Source of the DNA: Lama glama
Lineage: Eukaryota
Length of the DNA: 64,000 nucleotides
NCBI GenBank assembly: GCA_028534125.1
Contig: CM052818.1
Location: forward strand, 1,738,001-1,802,000
Direction of reading: 5' to 3'
Of this stretch, positions 13,661-27,639 are shown piece after piece. Position 1 is the stretch's first letter; each line of letters begins with the position of its first letter. A program made the position numbers and the translations under genes. Below the pieces are notes generated by a model. The model was not told the DNA's origin, ran no database searches, and saw nothing but the letters and a program-made list of their open reading frames with translations.

Positions 13661-15884
13661 TACTGAATGCCTGTTATGTGCTAGGTCCTGTTTAAGGCAG
13701 ATGAGGCACAAAGAAAATAAAGCATAACCAAGGAGACTTCAAAATCCTCATCCTCTCTTCAATTCCTGGACATTTCTAACTAAAAATATCTGCTATCAGT
13801 CCCTTGAAGCAGACCGCGATGTATCTAAGTGCTCAGGCACCCGTATTCACACTGTGATTGCATTATCTTTTCCCAACATCCCCTCTTCTGTCTGGCTCCT
13901 TGAGGGCAACTTCCCTCTCTCCTACCTTGAACAAAGAATGTCCATATGGTGGAAGGCCGTGTCTTGGCCACTAGGCTAGACTCTCCCCAGTGGGGAGACT
14001 TTTCCTTCCTCTGCTGCAGACACCGGGTGCAGAGTGAGTGAGTCTTGCACACAGTGAGCACTCTGAATGCACCCATTCCTTTGACATCAGCTCCTTTTTG
14101 TACCTCTTTTTTTTTTTTTTTTAGGTTGGGCCATATAAGAATAGAATTGTACCTAATGCATTGAACTACATGTCGCAGAGGTGGTCAGTACCGTCATTCT
14201 GTGCCACTGGGTTTGGAAGCCCCGCTTGGGTATCCGTGCTACACCAACTCGGGAAAGCCTGCTTCTTGATCCTCCTCTGTGTTTGTTGTGTGTTCGTTCC
14301 TTATCCTGATCTGAGTAAAGGGAGAGAAAGTAGATCAGAGGGAGGGATTTTGAGGTTTAGGTACCAGAATCGCATCATGTTTTTAGTCTTTAATTTCTCA
14401 TGACCTGCAAATACTGGTATTATCCAGGGAGGGTCTGCAGTGGGAAAAGAGGGTATAATAGTGGAATTCTGTGGGTAACACACAATATAAACCTTTAATT
14501 CCCCAAAGCTTGGCTAATAGGGGAAGAGAGACACCTCAGTTCAGGCCACCTTCTTCTCTTACCTCATTTATTACTTTTCTTAATTAGTCTCCCTGCTGCC
14601 CATCCTCCTGTCCACTAGATGGTTCCCCATGTTGCTGTCAGATGCAGGTCATCTCTTGCGACTCAAAGATCTCATAGCAACAGCTCTTTGTTTTGCCAGT
14701 TACTGCGTCCTACCTTGTATGTAGAACTATGTGTTAATATCCCGCCTTCGCCAGGTTAGAAGCTTACAAGGTCCCTGTGCTGCAGTGTCTTCCCCCCACA
14801 GTGATTATCAGGGCTCTTCCTTTTATGCACTGCCCAGTGGATACTAGTCTATGGGTAATCAGTTGTCTCTATTCAAATCCTGGCCCTGCCGCATTTCTAG
14901 CTGTCTTATCATGAGCGAGTTAACCTTGCAGTGCCTCAGTTTCCTCATTTATAGAGAGAAAGGAATAATGGAATCTTGTAGAGCTCCCAAGGATCAAATA
15001 AGGACATACATGAACCATACCTGGCATCCAGGTCATACTCTATAAATGTACGTCGCTGCTCTTACCACTCGGCTCCTGCTCCTATTAGTCGGATGACAGC
15101 GTTTGTCCTCAGGGCCTCTGAGGTTCTGTGTTGGCTTCTAAGGTGGGGACCTCCCATAAACAAGACTCACTCTTTGGTCATCGGTATGAGTGGCTTCTCC
15201 AGGAGCAGTTCGTTTATTAAAAGCAGGATCTATCCGTACTTAACGTGGTATTCTTTACAGTGCTGTGGAAAGAGATGCTAATTAATGTCTCGAGGTGTAG
15301 TCTGCCACTTTTAAAACTAACGCATGCTCATGAAATGAATTTAGAAAAATATGAGGTATGATTCAGAAAGAAAAAATATTGTCCGTTGTTACACCACCCG
15401 GAGGTAAGCACTGTAAAGATTTGGGGGTATCTGCTTTCCTCACTAATAAGTAATATGTATCATTGAGCTCATTCCACATATATAATTTTATATGCTGATT
15501 TTTATATACTGACTATTTTCAGAACATTTCCTCCTGTATTTTTATAAACATATCTAAAATTGTCATGGCTACACTGTAAATTACAGTAACGTTCCCTTAT
15601 GGCTGAATGTTGCTAGCTTTAAGTTGTAATGAATAAATCTGTAGTGATCATTTCGGTACATAAGGCTTTTTTCAAGCATGTCAGGTGATTCAGGACTATA
15701 AGCTAATAAGAATAAAATGATGGTATCAAAGAATATCAGTGACAGTATATGAAATGTCAGTTTGATTGCACTTTTCAGCATCCTTTTTTTTTTCCTTCTT
15801 TTGAAAATCGAGGTAACGTTTGGTCAACTCTAGGCTTCCATCTTTCTTCTCATTTTCCAGTAGTCCTTAAGCATTTCTGTATTT

Positions 15885-17600
15885 AAAAAATAAAATTAAA
15901 TATGAGGAGGCGTCTGCAGAGGAATGACCTGGCAGGCATGTCAGAGTCTGAGCAGAATGAGAAGGCCATCTGCGCCGAGGGTGGCCTGGCACGCGGAACC
16001 AGGGCCCAGCAGGGTGAGGAGGGCATCCCCACAGAGGCATAGCCCAGGCGGGCTGTCAGAGCCCACGCAGCGCGCTCAGGTGTGCGTGCATGAGGGCAGC
16101 CTAGCTCCGGGGTCAGAGCCCATGCGGGTGAAGGAGAGTGCACACTCGGGGAGCGACCCGGTATGGGACAGCCCGAGGACGCTTGCACTTGGGAGAGCTG
16201 TTCAGAAAGGGGAGTCAGAGCCAAACAGGAAAAGGAGCGGATCCACGTAGGGGAGAAATAGGAGACTCATTAGGTAAAGGAAGATTGATTAAATAAGTGA
16301 ATATGTTAAAGGTAATGGAAGCCAGTTTCTACCTGTCAGAGAAGGGGTTTACATAAATGGAAAAGGAAAGAACACAAATGAAGCCTAAGGTGTGAACTCA
16401 CAGTGTTTATTAAGATAATTTAAAAAAATAGAAGTAAATAAGCTTATGTATTATGTATACATATATAGGGCCGTATATGATACATATATTCCTTAAGTTT
16501 GTCTGGGCGCAGTAATAACCCCATGGCAATGAGCAAGCACACCTTGTGCTATATCTTGGCTTCTCAATATAATTTTCCACTAGAAGGAACCAGCACATTT
16601 TGGACAAATGGCTATTTCCTGGGAACATACAAGATGAGCCTAGAACATCTTTTTGTACCAGAAATCAAGTGCTCTAAGACTGATGTGGGTATGTCAAAAT
16701 GATACAGAAGCCTGAAGGGGCCCCCACTGGCTAAATAATCAGAGCATGAAAATGGATGATTATAGTAACAAATTACATTGAAAAAATAAGGAATCACAAG
16801 TCGATACAGATAGAAGTAAAGATCTGAATACACTGAAAGTTTGATGAGGAATGGGATATTTATTTAAGTTCAAAGCGTGTACCTCCCCACAAATACTTAC
16901 TAGCTAAGAGGAAGAAAATGTGTCGTTACAGTGGAGAAGCCTAGCAGACATCACCTTAATCAAGTGATCAAAGTGAACACCATCAGCAAAACAGGGCAAT
17001 CTGAAATCACATGCCGCTTGATAGGATGCGGTAAGGGAAAAAGCAACATCACTCGTATAATAGTCTTGCCAAAAATGAATCATCTGGATCTAATCATAGG
17101 AGGACATCAGACAAATCCAAATTGAGAGACGTTCTATAAAGGAACCGATCTGTAATCTTCAAAAGTGTCATGGTCATGAAAGTCAAGTAAAGTCAAGGAA
17201 CTAGCAGTTCCAAATTCAAGGAGACTAAAGAAATGACAACTAGATGTAACTCGTAATTCTCAGCTGGATCCTTTTGTTCTAAAAGACAGTGAGAACAGCT
17301 GGTGAAACTTGGATGGGGATTTGAGGATTAGATGATAGTAACCTATCAGTGTAATTTCCTGACTTTGACAGTTGTACTTATGTAGAAGGGTGCTTGTAGT
17401 TGTGTAGTTGTGCTTCTGTAGAAGGGTGTCTTGTTTATAGGAAATACACACCAAAGTATTTGCTGGAGATAAGGCATCTGATTGGCATTTTACTCTCAAA
17501 TGGTTCAGGAAATTTTTAAAATCTGTGTTTGTACTATACTTCCAACTTTTCTGTAAGTTTGTGATTATTTCAAAATACAAGTTATTTAAATCAAAAAGGG
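15885..17600 (+). mobile_element. Ancient L1MC-like 3' region, including GC-rich degenerate internal repeats
   Basis: Motifs agaaggaaccag, acaagatgagcctagaacatc, gtggagaagcctagcagacatcaccttaatcaagtgatcaaagt are typical of L1MC 3' ends; homologous to 40545-41830. Confidence 0.7.
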
Positions 17601-17889
17601 AACAAATAGAGCAGACTCAAAAATTACATGAAAACTGAAACAAATTAACCTAATTGTATATTAAATTGATAATATAACTATGTAGAACAAATAATAATTT
17701 TAAGTTGCTTTTGAACCACAGTTCTGCTCTTTCCACAAAAGAACTGCAAATTTTTTAAAATTTTACTCATAAGTTCATTATAGTTGGTAATATAATGTTA
17801 TACTTTGAATCAATTTTCTGTATGTTAATAGGTAAAAAATGAAATAGATTAATGTTATTAAGAATAAGAATTTTTACTAAAAGAGAGAA

Positions 17890-19072
17890 ACTAATTTAAA
17901 CAAATTCAACAAGGTAGCAGGATACAAGATTAACATACAGAAATCTGGTGCATTTCTTTACACTAACAATGAACTATCTAAAGAGGAAAGTAAAAAAGAA
18001 AATCTCTTTTAAAGTCACATCAGAAAAATAAAGTACCTAGGAATAAACCTGACCAAGAAGATGAAACACTTATATATGGGGGAGTATAAAACATTGAATA
18101 TAGAAATTAAAGATGATTTAAAGAAATGGAGAGGTATCTTATGCTCTTGGATTAGAAGAATTAATAGGGTTAAGATGGCCATACTACCCAAAGCAATCTA
18201 CAGATTTACTGTGATGCCTATCGAATTATCCAGGACATTTTTCACAGAACTACAACAAATAATCTCAAAATGCATATGGAATCACAAAAGACCAGAATTG
18301 CCAAAGCAATACTGAAGGAAAAGAAAAAAGCTGGAGGAATAATTGTCCCAGACTTCAGACAATACTACAGAGCTACAGTAATCAAAACAGCATGGCATTG
18401 GTACAAAAACAGACATGTGGATCAATGGTAGAGAGCCCAGAAGTAAACCCACACACCTACAGTCAATTAATCTTTGGAAAAGGAGACAGGAATATACAAC
18501 AGAGAAAAGACAGCCCCTTCAGCAAGTGGTGGTGGGAAAGCTGGACAGCCCCATGTAAATCAATGAAGTTAGAATATTCCTTCACACTACACACAAAAAT
18601 AAACTCAAAATGGCTTAACGACTTAAACGTAAGACAAGACACTATAAACCTCCTAGAAGAAAACATAGGCGAAGCATTGACATAAATCTTAGCAATGTTC
18701 TCCTAGGGCAGTCTACCAAGGCAATAGAAATAAAAGCAAAAATAAACAAATTAGACCTAATTAAATTTATAAGCTTTTGCACAGCAAAGGAAACTATAAA
18801 CAAAATGAAAAGACAACCTACAGAATGGGAGAAAATATTTGCAAACAATGTGACTGACAAGAGCTTAATTTCCAGAATATTTAGACAGCTCATACAACTC
18901 AACAACAAAAAAGCACACCACTCAATCCAAAAATGGGCAGAAGACCTAAACAAACATTTCTCCAGTGAAGACATACTAATGGCCAATGGGCACATGAGGA
19001 AATGTTCATTCAATATCACTATCAGAGAAATGCAAATCAAAACTACAATGAGGTATCGCCTCCCACCAGTCA
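17890..19072 (+). mobile_element. LINE-1 ORF2 internal fragment (frameshifted)
   Basis: Peptides [41 protein letters not shown] and [14 protein letters not shown]...[11 protein letters not shown] are typical of L1 ORF2. Confidence 0.93.
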
Positions 19073-19074
19073 GC

Positions 19075-19790
19075 TTGGTGGTGAGGGGTGGATGTGTTCA
19101 CATTTTCTGTTCTCAGTGATCCTGTCCCTCCCTCAGCACCAAGAGGTCTCTCATGATCTAGACACGCTTCTTTTTCTGCCTCTTCCCTCCCCGGATACAG
19201 GGTGGTTTTTTGTTCTTTGTTTTTTGTTTTCTATTCTCTTCTCCTGGCTGCGCTGGATCTTCCCCCCCATGCTCTTAATGCAGCCCTTTCTTTCCAAAGC
19301 AGCTTAAGGCTTTTGTTCTGTAGTGGAGAAAGGGGAGAAGCATCTTGCGCAAGGCTCTGTTCCTTTCCTGCAGTGGCCACTTCACCTCTTCCCCAGGCCT
19401 CCACAACGAAGGGAGCCTTTTCTAGTCTTGTGTTCTGCTCCTGCGCTCTCCTGAGCAGTGAAGTCTGTGAGAAGGAGTCTCCTAAATCCCTCCCGTGTTC
19501 ATTACCCCCGGAAGTTTTCCCCACTCTCGCGCTAGTCCGCACTCAGCCTTTAGCAAGGTGTTAGCAATTTTGGTTGACTTTTCACCAGTTGCCTGGCACC
19601 TATAGCACCTGATCCGGGTAAACAAATGCTCATGTCTGGCACCTGCCTGTATTTCTTTATGTTTCAGGCTGGTTGGTTCTGCAACCTCAAGTATCTGACA
19701 GGTTCAAGAGTCATTCCTTCCTTTGAAGTTTTCGCTCTGCTTTGATTTCTTTGGTCGTGTTGGTATAGTATAGTGGTTTCTTTCTTGGAT
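19075..19790 (-). mobile_element. Probable ancient L1M 5'-region remnant
   Basis: Resembles antisense old-L1 5' sequence (ggttctgcaacctcaagtatctgacaggttcaag); degraded. Confidence 0.4.
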
Positions 19791-21162
19791 ATTCAGTTTA
19801 GGTAGAAGCGTTGTGTTAAGCAGGGGAGTGAGACATGTTGCAGCGGTGATGTGAGGCAGAAGATGCATCAGCTTTGGCCTTCTTGGTCACTGGGTGATGG
19901 TAAGGTCATAAATCAGAGAGACATGATGGAACTTGTGCCTCGCCCAGGGCAATCCCAGAGTGAAAAAGATTTCTCCTCCGTGACATCTTGGCTCAGAGCA
20001 GAGAGAGATACTATAAGGCTCACCAACTTGAATGCGCATCCCTTCTTTCTGTGCCCAGCCCGCCCAGAGAGGTGTTCTTGAGCAGACAAGTGGGGAGAAG
20101 ATGAGGTTATTTGGCTCTGTCCCAGCAATTAGCTGGAGGAAGGCTTGATGGCCTTGTGAGTAGCCCTTTCCCAGTGGAAGCCAGACTCCTATGATTAATG
20201 TGACCGGGCATTCACTAGTGCTTTTCAAAGATGGATCATTGTGAAGAGGCCCAACCCTGTTTGCTGCATTTCCTCCCTACAAGCAGTCAGTCTTGACAGA
20301 AGCTATGCAAGTCAGCCTCTCTCCCATTAACAATGACCTCAGCTGTTTGTTTTAAAGAGTTCACAACCCCAAAGCAAAATTTTCACAGACAAAAACATAG
20401 CATCAACCAAACCCTTTGCCAAAGCTTCTCCGGAGCCCTCAGCCTGTGCTCCTGTTCATCACATCAAATCAACCCTGCACTGTAGGGGGACTCTCCCATC
20501 AATAGCATCAATATGATCTTAAAGGAACAAGCCTACAGGTACCCACCTCTCCACGGGCCTCATGCATCCCACCTGCACATCAGCCAATGAGTGGGAAGTG
20601 TGGCTAGCAGGAAGGAGATAGAACGGATGATTCCATGGAAGCAGGGGTGATTGGCTAGGGAATCCCAGCCAGAAACAGGCACTGAAGAGGGGCTTGGGCT
20701 ACCAGTGGTGTGTGGAAACAAGCAGTCATCAGGGATGAACCTGGAGAGCGCGTCCTGTGCCCCAGGCACCAGGAACAGTTCCTAGTACTGTCAAATGGCA
20801 GTATGCACAGAAGTGACTCATTCTCGACTTCAGTTTTCCCCAGCAGGAAGAGGTGCTAGTGGGTAGTGGGCAAAGAGCATCATTGGAGCCCCTTCCTGAG
20901 CAGGAATGAAAAGGTTCCATTTCAAGAGCTACCAGCCTTCAGAGAAAAACCAGTGTCCCCTTGCAGGCTTCCTGTCAGGACGTCCCATCCAGAAATTCTA
21001 ACCAGACTTACTATAGAGACTCAGAGAATTCATTCTTCCTCTTTCCCCATGTTCAGTGGATTATCAAAACCATAAAGGCCTCAAACTGTCTCTGACTGAG
21101 TTCCCAAAACAAATGACCATCTAACCTGTTCCTGGAATTTAGCTGGGAGGGACATTTCTACC

Positions 21163-21718
21163 TGTGTCGATTACCTTTCACTATATTCACCAGCTACCCC
21201 CAAATTTAGTGACTTAAATCAACAACCATTTTATTTGTTCCCAATTCTGTGAGACAGGGATTTGGCCAGGGCTCAGCTGGGCAGTTCTTCTGCTTGAAAT
21301 GGTATTAGCTGGTGTCTTTCATGAGGTTACAGTCAGATGGCAGCTGGGGTTGGAGTACCAGGGTGGCTTCACTCACAAGTGTGGCACCTGGGGAGGGCTG
21401 GCCCGGAGCCTAGGATCTCTCTCTTCTTCTTCACGTGGATGGCTTGGCTTTCTTTATGTGGCAGCTGGATTCCAAGAATGAGTATTCCAAGTGGTGAAGC
21501 AGAAGCCGTGATCTCTTAAGGCCCAGCCACAGAAGGTACATATACAGCTTCACTTACAATAGTCTTTTGATGAGGACAAGTCTTGGGGCTAACCCATATT
21601 TAAAAGGAGAGGCGCAGACTCCGCTTCCTGATGGCAAATGGGAAAGGTTACTAAGCAAAAGAGCACATGGTGTGGGAGATACTGTTGCAACCATCTTTTG
21701 AAACACAATCTACCACAC
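21163..21718. mobile_element. MLT1-type MaLR solo LTR
   Basis: cccccaaatttagtgacttaaatcaacaaccatttt...gggctcagctgggcagttcttctgc...acaatctaccaca; TG...CA ends. Confidence 0.75.
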
Positions 21719-24616
21719 CACCTAACCCTCTCCTTCCAGTGCCTCAGACTCTGCTCCATTAAGAACTATTTTGTACTTAACCCCAGCTTTATGTACTGCA
21801 GTTGGCGTTCATGCTTTTTTGTTCACTTTATCCTGGAGATGGAGAATGTGGACGTCATCACCTCTCAAACATCCCTGAAAGGCTGAGTATCCAGTAGGCT
21901 TGAATTCTGCTTAAGTTAGATTAGGAGTTGTGAGGAAAACCTTGGAAGGAAACAAGATGCAAATTATCGGTTCATTCTCCTTATTGTCTAAGTCAAATGC
22001 ACTTGATTATTAGTAAGTTAGAGGAGTTTTACTATCCACACGGGAATTTTCAATTCAGTTAATATGCTTGATACTGACATTTAATTTATTTTTATTACCC
22101 TGTTCTTTTATCCCTTCTCGGTACCAGCTACTCCAAGCCCCCTTTTTATAGGGCTGTTATTTTCTAGGACTATTCTATTCCTGTGTGTGTTAGAAATTGG
22201 GTTTATCTCTGTGATATGTTAATAATTAAAGCAAATCTCTACAACAAGCCATAAAACAGCCTGTCCTGCCCCAAGAAACCGGGACTCAGAGGGGCCTAAG
22301 AGCTGAATCAGACGACGGTATAAAGCTCTATTGGTAGCTGATCCGCACCTTTACACCCTGTGAAAGACCCCTACGTGTAGACACGCTTCGGGTCCCCCTG
22401 AGGGCAAAAATGCCACCTTTCTACAAAGGAAGGCACCAACCTAGGCCAGACAACCACCTTTGAAACAACACTCATTTTGACACAGCATTCTTGGGCCAAA
22501 GGGAGAAACACTCAGCATATTCCAAAGCAATGAAGGTTGTTTTTTTTTTTTTTTTCCACCTCAATACACCTAAGGGATTCCACACTCTCCTATCAGTGGC
22601 AAAGACTCATTAGGGCAGTGAAGGGCTCTGTGGTTTGGGAAGAATCCACCACTGAGAATCACTGTGATAAAAGTTTAAAAAGCCTAAGGTAACACTGGAT
22701 GGCAGAGAAAGCCAAACCAAAGGAACGGGTCAACCAAACTGATACAGACCTCCTCAGCCCTTCACCTGGCATCTGAGGTTAACCAAACAAAAAATACTTT
22801 TATCCAGAATCACGTTGGTTTCACAGTAATCCCTGATTCTGCTACCTGACCACATAATAGATTTCCAGTGAGAAAAGCAGACTTGGGTAATTAAACATCT
22901 TTCATAAGTCTGCACATCACCTTCTAATAACCTCGCCATGCACGGTGCCTCATTAAAATCTCCATAAAACCTGCCCGATGCTGGGTGTGGTATAATGTTC
23001 CATCTTAGGCAGGGACCAAGTTTTTGTTTCTGTCACGGCTTTGCACTCTTCGGGACACGTGGTAGGCATTCATTATAGGTCTTCATTAACGAGCAGGTGA
23101 GAAAATGAATGCATGCGTGGAAAGAATTCAGCCAGCCTTAGTCCTGACCATGTACCTGACTTCTCTAAAGGCTTTCCTTCCCCTGGTGGTTCAGCTCTAG
23201 CAGAAGAGGAGGTCTCATTTTCCCACCTCAGTCTCTCATTGGAGAACACATCATACCCAAAGATTAAGTTTAAGAGCTAGAAAAGGGCCCTTAGAAATCA
23301 ATTAGCCCCCAAATTTCATTTTACAGATGGGGAAATTGAGTCCAGAAATATTATGACTTTTCCCAGCATCACCTGTCAGTACGTCTGTAACTGAATCTTC
23401 TCAAGGGCGGGGGTGGGGGAGGCAGGTAAACTGGTCCACTGAGGACTTAGACGTTGCAGGTGCCCAGGCCATTGGCGCAGACAGGACACATTTCAGGTGG
23501 AGACGGAGGGGAATAAAACTGCTAACCCTTTCCTGGATCAGCTCTGGCAAGAGGAAGCTGGGGAGGGTGAGAGGCGGTGTTTTTGCCTTCTACGGAGACC
23601 TTTTGACTCAGCCTGTGACTCCCTTTCCTAATCAGCGCCCTCAAGTAAGTGCCAAGCGAAAACGCTTTGAGGAAAAGCCTTTGTAAGGTTTGCGCTCCTG
23701 TAACCCAGCCATGACTGCAAAGGTTTCATGGCTGAATGCCCTCCCCCGCCCAGCACACGGCTGGTAGGGGTACAACCCGCCGGGTTTCTGCTGGGGGGGT
23801 GTGCATGCTTTGCTGAGGAAACAAGCCTCACTGCTGCAAACCTGTATCACCACCCTCCAGAAAAAAAGTCCGGTCTCATTAGAAGTGCAAACCAAACACC
23901 CATGGGTACTGTCCCTGGAGAAGCAGCACACGCTGACTTGTTAGATGAGGCATATCCCCCTCTGGGATGGCTGCCAGAAAACTGCACAACCTTATGGAAA
24001 TTGTAATGACTCGGGGCCCTTTGGGGAAGGTAGATGTCCTGGAAAACACCTGGTCCCTTAGCTTTGAAATAGATGGCAGGTCAGGAGAGGGGGGAATTCA
24101 TGCTATAAATATTTATTGGGTGTCTATTATGTGTCAGTTACTGTTCTAGGAAATAGGCATCTCATATGCATAAAATAGTGTTACCATCCACTGCTCTTGC
24201 TTCTAAACCTTCTGTGGTGATCCGTACCTTACTGTACACCAACACGCTCATCTTATGTAGCATTAATGGAAAGTTAGCAATACGCCATTCATAAAAATAG
24301 TACTTTTATTAACTTAAATATGTTGGCCTGGATCCCCAGTTAAATTGTAGCCTTCTTGAGGGCAGACGTAGTATCTTCTCTTTCCTTTGTAGTCCTCATG
24401 GCATTTCACATGATGGTAAATGTGGAGAAGATAGTCGATAAAGAGTGATTGATTAGATGCTGAAAAGTAATACCTGGAGACCAACCAGAAAGATCTAAGG
24501 AGGAGGCCAATAGCAAGCAAAGGTTTAGGACCCAAAAGAACAGCATACCAGGAGATGGTAGCTACAGATATACTCACCAAAAGAAAGCCTTACTATTTAC
24601 AGTAGTTTTCTAAAAT

Positions 24617-24760
24617 TCAGGAGTTCGAGATTTGCAGGTATGAACTACTATATATAAAAATAGATTTTAAAAAAGTAAATTTCTTCTGTATAGCACAGGG
24701 AACTATATTCAATACCTTGTAATAACCTTTAATGAAAAAGAATATGAAAACAAAAAATAA
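24617..24760 (+). mobile_element. Short LINE-1 3' UTR fragment
   Basis: gagttcgagatttgcagg...gcacagggaactatattcaatacc, homologous to 32625-32750. Confidence 0.8.
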
Positions 24761-26119
24761 AATATGCCTGCAGAATCCATGCATAACAGCATCCTTAGGT
24801 GCGTCATATTTGAATTGGAAAAGCAACCCTAAAAATGTTATCACTGAAGACCAAAATTAAACACCATGTATTTTAAGAAAGAACTGCCTTGATTGTGGCC
24901 ATTGGTAAGTAAGAGTGTATTCAGATGCCCAAGTTGTATTTTCCATGCACTTGTCTTGATTTTAAGACTCAGGACACAGATTATATCACTCATTCTCTAA
25001 TGTAGCCATAAGCCTTTACTTGGATCAGAAATGTAACTAGAACCTAGGTTGTAAATGGGCCTCCTCTTTTCTGCTGTGAGTGTAAGTCTGCTTTGGGTCT
25101 TTGGCTGAAACACATATAGCTTCCAATAGGGTAGAATTACTTACACTTCCTCCTAGCAGGGAAGGGTGCTGTGGGTTGGGGAATTTTAGGGATACCCTGA
25201 AGACACCAGGCTGTGCTTTGCTTCTTTAGAAACCTGAGAAATTAAGAAATAAGGGCTTCAAGGGGAGCAGGAAGCAGAAGGGTAGAAACAGCCAAGGAAC
25301 TTCCACTTAAATTCTAGTAAATGCTCACCCTTGATGAAGTGAGACACAACTAAGTAAACTTAAATATATCAAGCTACTCCAGGAAACAAGATTGCATCTT
25401 TTAAAACTCCTTGCCTGTGTGTTCATTTGATACAAGAGTTACTATGGAGAAGAGAAAAATAGCTGTGGTTGCAAGATAAAAGCCAAAGAGAAGGTTCTGA
25501 ATGCGTGGTTAGAGACAGTGGAAGATACGAGAACCTTCGAGAGCTTTTGATGGGACGAGGTGAAGGGTGCAAGCATCCTGGGCGTGTTTCACTCCGAGGT
25601 GCAGGGCTGGGTCTTCAGATCTAGAAGAGAGTTAAGATGAGACCTGGCATCCATTTTATTTTGGAACCTAATCATCCCTCAATTGTCCCAGTTGGAAAGT
25701 ATGAGTTTTCTTAGCCAAGAATTTATGATTGTGGAAACGTATTGTTTTTACCACAAAATGAGAATATATTTGAAAACATGTTACAAATTATAAAGCACCA
25801 CCTAAATGCAGGTTAGCACACTTCTTCCAAAACGTTCCAAGTATTTTCAACATGTTCTCTGGATTTTCATTACATTTGGATGATTTAGGAATGAGGACAA
25901 GAAAGCATGGGATTTTATGGTAGGAAAGGATCGTGGAGATCCCCAAAGGTTTTTATTCATTTAGGCTCTATTCAAGTATTTGCCTTCGAGAACACTCTGA
26001 TACATGTTCATGGGAGAGCAATTGACAGTTTATCAATAATCAATAATCAAAAGCTTTGACTGAGAATTCTGCCTCCAGGAATTTATCGTCAATCTCATCA
26101 TGGCTAACATTTGTCTTGG

Positions 26120-26345
26120 GTTTGCTCTGTGAAAGGCCCTGTTCTAAGTGCTTTGCATGAATTAAATAACTCAGTCCACACAGCAGTGATCTGATATGCA
26201 TATTATCATTCTCCTCGCTCCAGAGATAATGAAACTGGATTATAAAGAAGTTAGATAACCTGCCTAAGGTCACAGAGCCCGTAAGTGGAAGAGCTAGGAC
26301 CCTTAGACTGTCTGGATCCAGAGTCAGCACTTTAAACCACTGTGC
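26120..26345 (-). mobile_element. MIR SINE
   Basis: gttctaagtgctttgcatg...gaagttagataacctgcctaaggtcacagagcccgtaagtggaagagctagg MIR core. Confidence 0.8.
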
Positions 26346-27639
26346 TGGATTCTAACTTGTGTTCTTTTCTAAGGAAACAACTGAAGAAATGCACAAAGAT
26401 AGATGTCCAAGCATTTCATCAAAGCACTGAGTCATATAGGAAAGGACGGGGGGGGGGGGGTCCCTGAATACCCACCAGCAAGGCATTTGTTAACTTAGTG
26501 TGGTGTATCATTCAAAATAGATACTGTGGTGTCTTTCAAATGCTTAAGTTTATCTGTATGTCTACATGTAAAAGGTGTCTGTGCTGTATTAGTGGGGGAA
26601 AAAATCAGCTTTTTAAAGTATGTATAATTTGCTCTATTTTGGTAAGAAAAATGAAGGCTGGACACCAAATTATGGACAATTATTATCCCTCACAGGTGAG
26701 ATGATGGATGATAGTTCTTCCATTATGCTTTTTTTTTTTTTGAGTTAAAGTTTTTCTTGAATTTTTTTTTTTGCAAAGGGCATAGTTTGTTTTTATAAAG
26801 AAATACACAATAAAGCAATATCATTGGGGGGAAAAGTTATACACAGAAGAAGTGGGTCTCATTCTACTCTCACATACATACCCCTTACACGCTCCATTCC
26901 AGCACATTCTACTATGGAACAGCCCTCATTATAAAACGTTTCCTCATTTTGTACATTGAGAGCTTTTGGTGGGTTTCTGGGGGCTTAGTCAGAAATGTTT
27001 GAGGCCCCACTGTGTGCCCCTTGCTGTGTTAGGCATTGTGGATCTCAGACTGCAAAGACTTGCCTTTCTATTCTGGGAGATAACATAAAACACGTAGGTT
27101 TCTCTCTCTGTCAACATCTGGTTTACTGACATAATCTAGCTGTTCAGTTGTGAGGGACAAACAGTGGGAAGAATAGAAAAATATGTGATGCAGTGCTTCC
27201 TGTGCACCGTAAACAGTACGTACAAACAGAGTTCAGAGAAGGGATAAATCAAAGAAGCTGATAGTCGTGTTCAAGGTTTCCTAGAGGAGATAAGGGCTTA
27301 AGCAGGGACATTTTATTCAATCTTACCCACGTGAATTTTTGTGGATTCCTTCCTGGTGCTAAGGTTCTCCTCTAAGATTTCAAGATGCATTGAATCAAAT
27401 AGACCTGGGTACAAATGCCGACTTCCTTGTTTCTTAGCAGTGAGCTTTTGAACATTGCTTAATTGCTCTGTGCCTCAATTGCCTTATCTTTAAAATGGGC
27501 ATAGTCATAGTAAGTCCCTCTTAGAACAACATTCAGTGAGGCAGTGCCATTTAACATGGCGCCCGGCCCATTTTCAGGTCTCAGCAAATACAGCGCTTCT
27601 TAGGGTCCCCACCCCCCAACCCCCCCAAGTTTCCACGCA

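Noticed and set aside
15900..16250. GC-rich segment with degenerate repeats and ~110-aa ORFs on both strands
   Set aside because: Contiguous with the L1MC-like element; best explained as its internal GC-rich repeat region.
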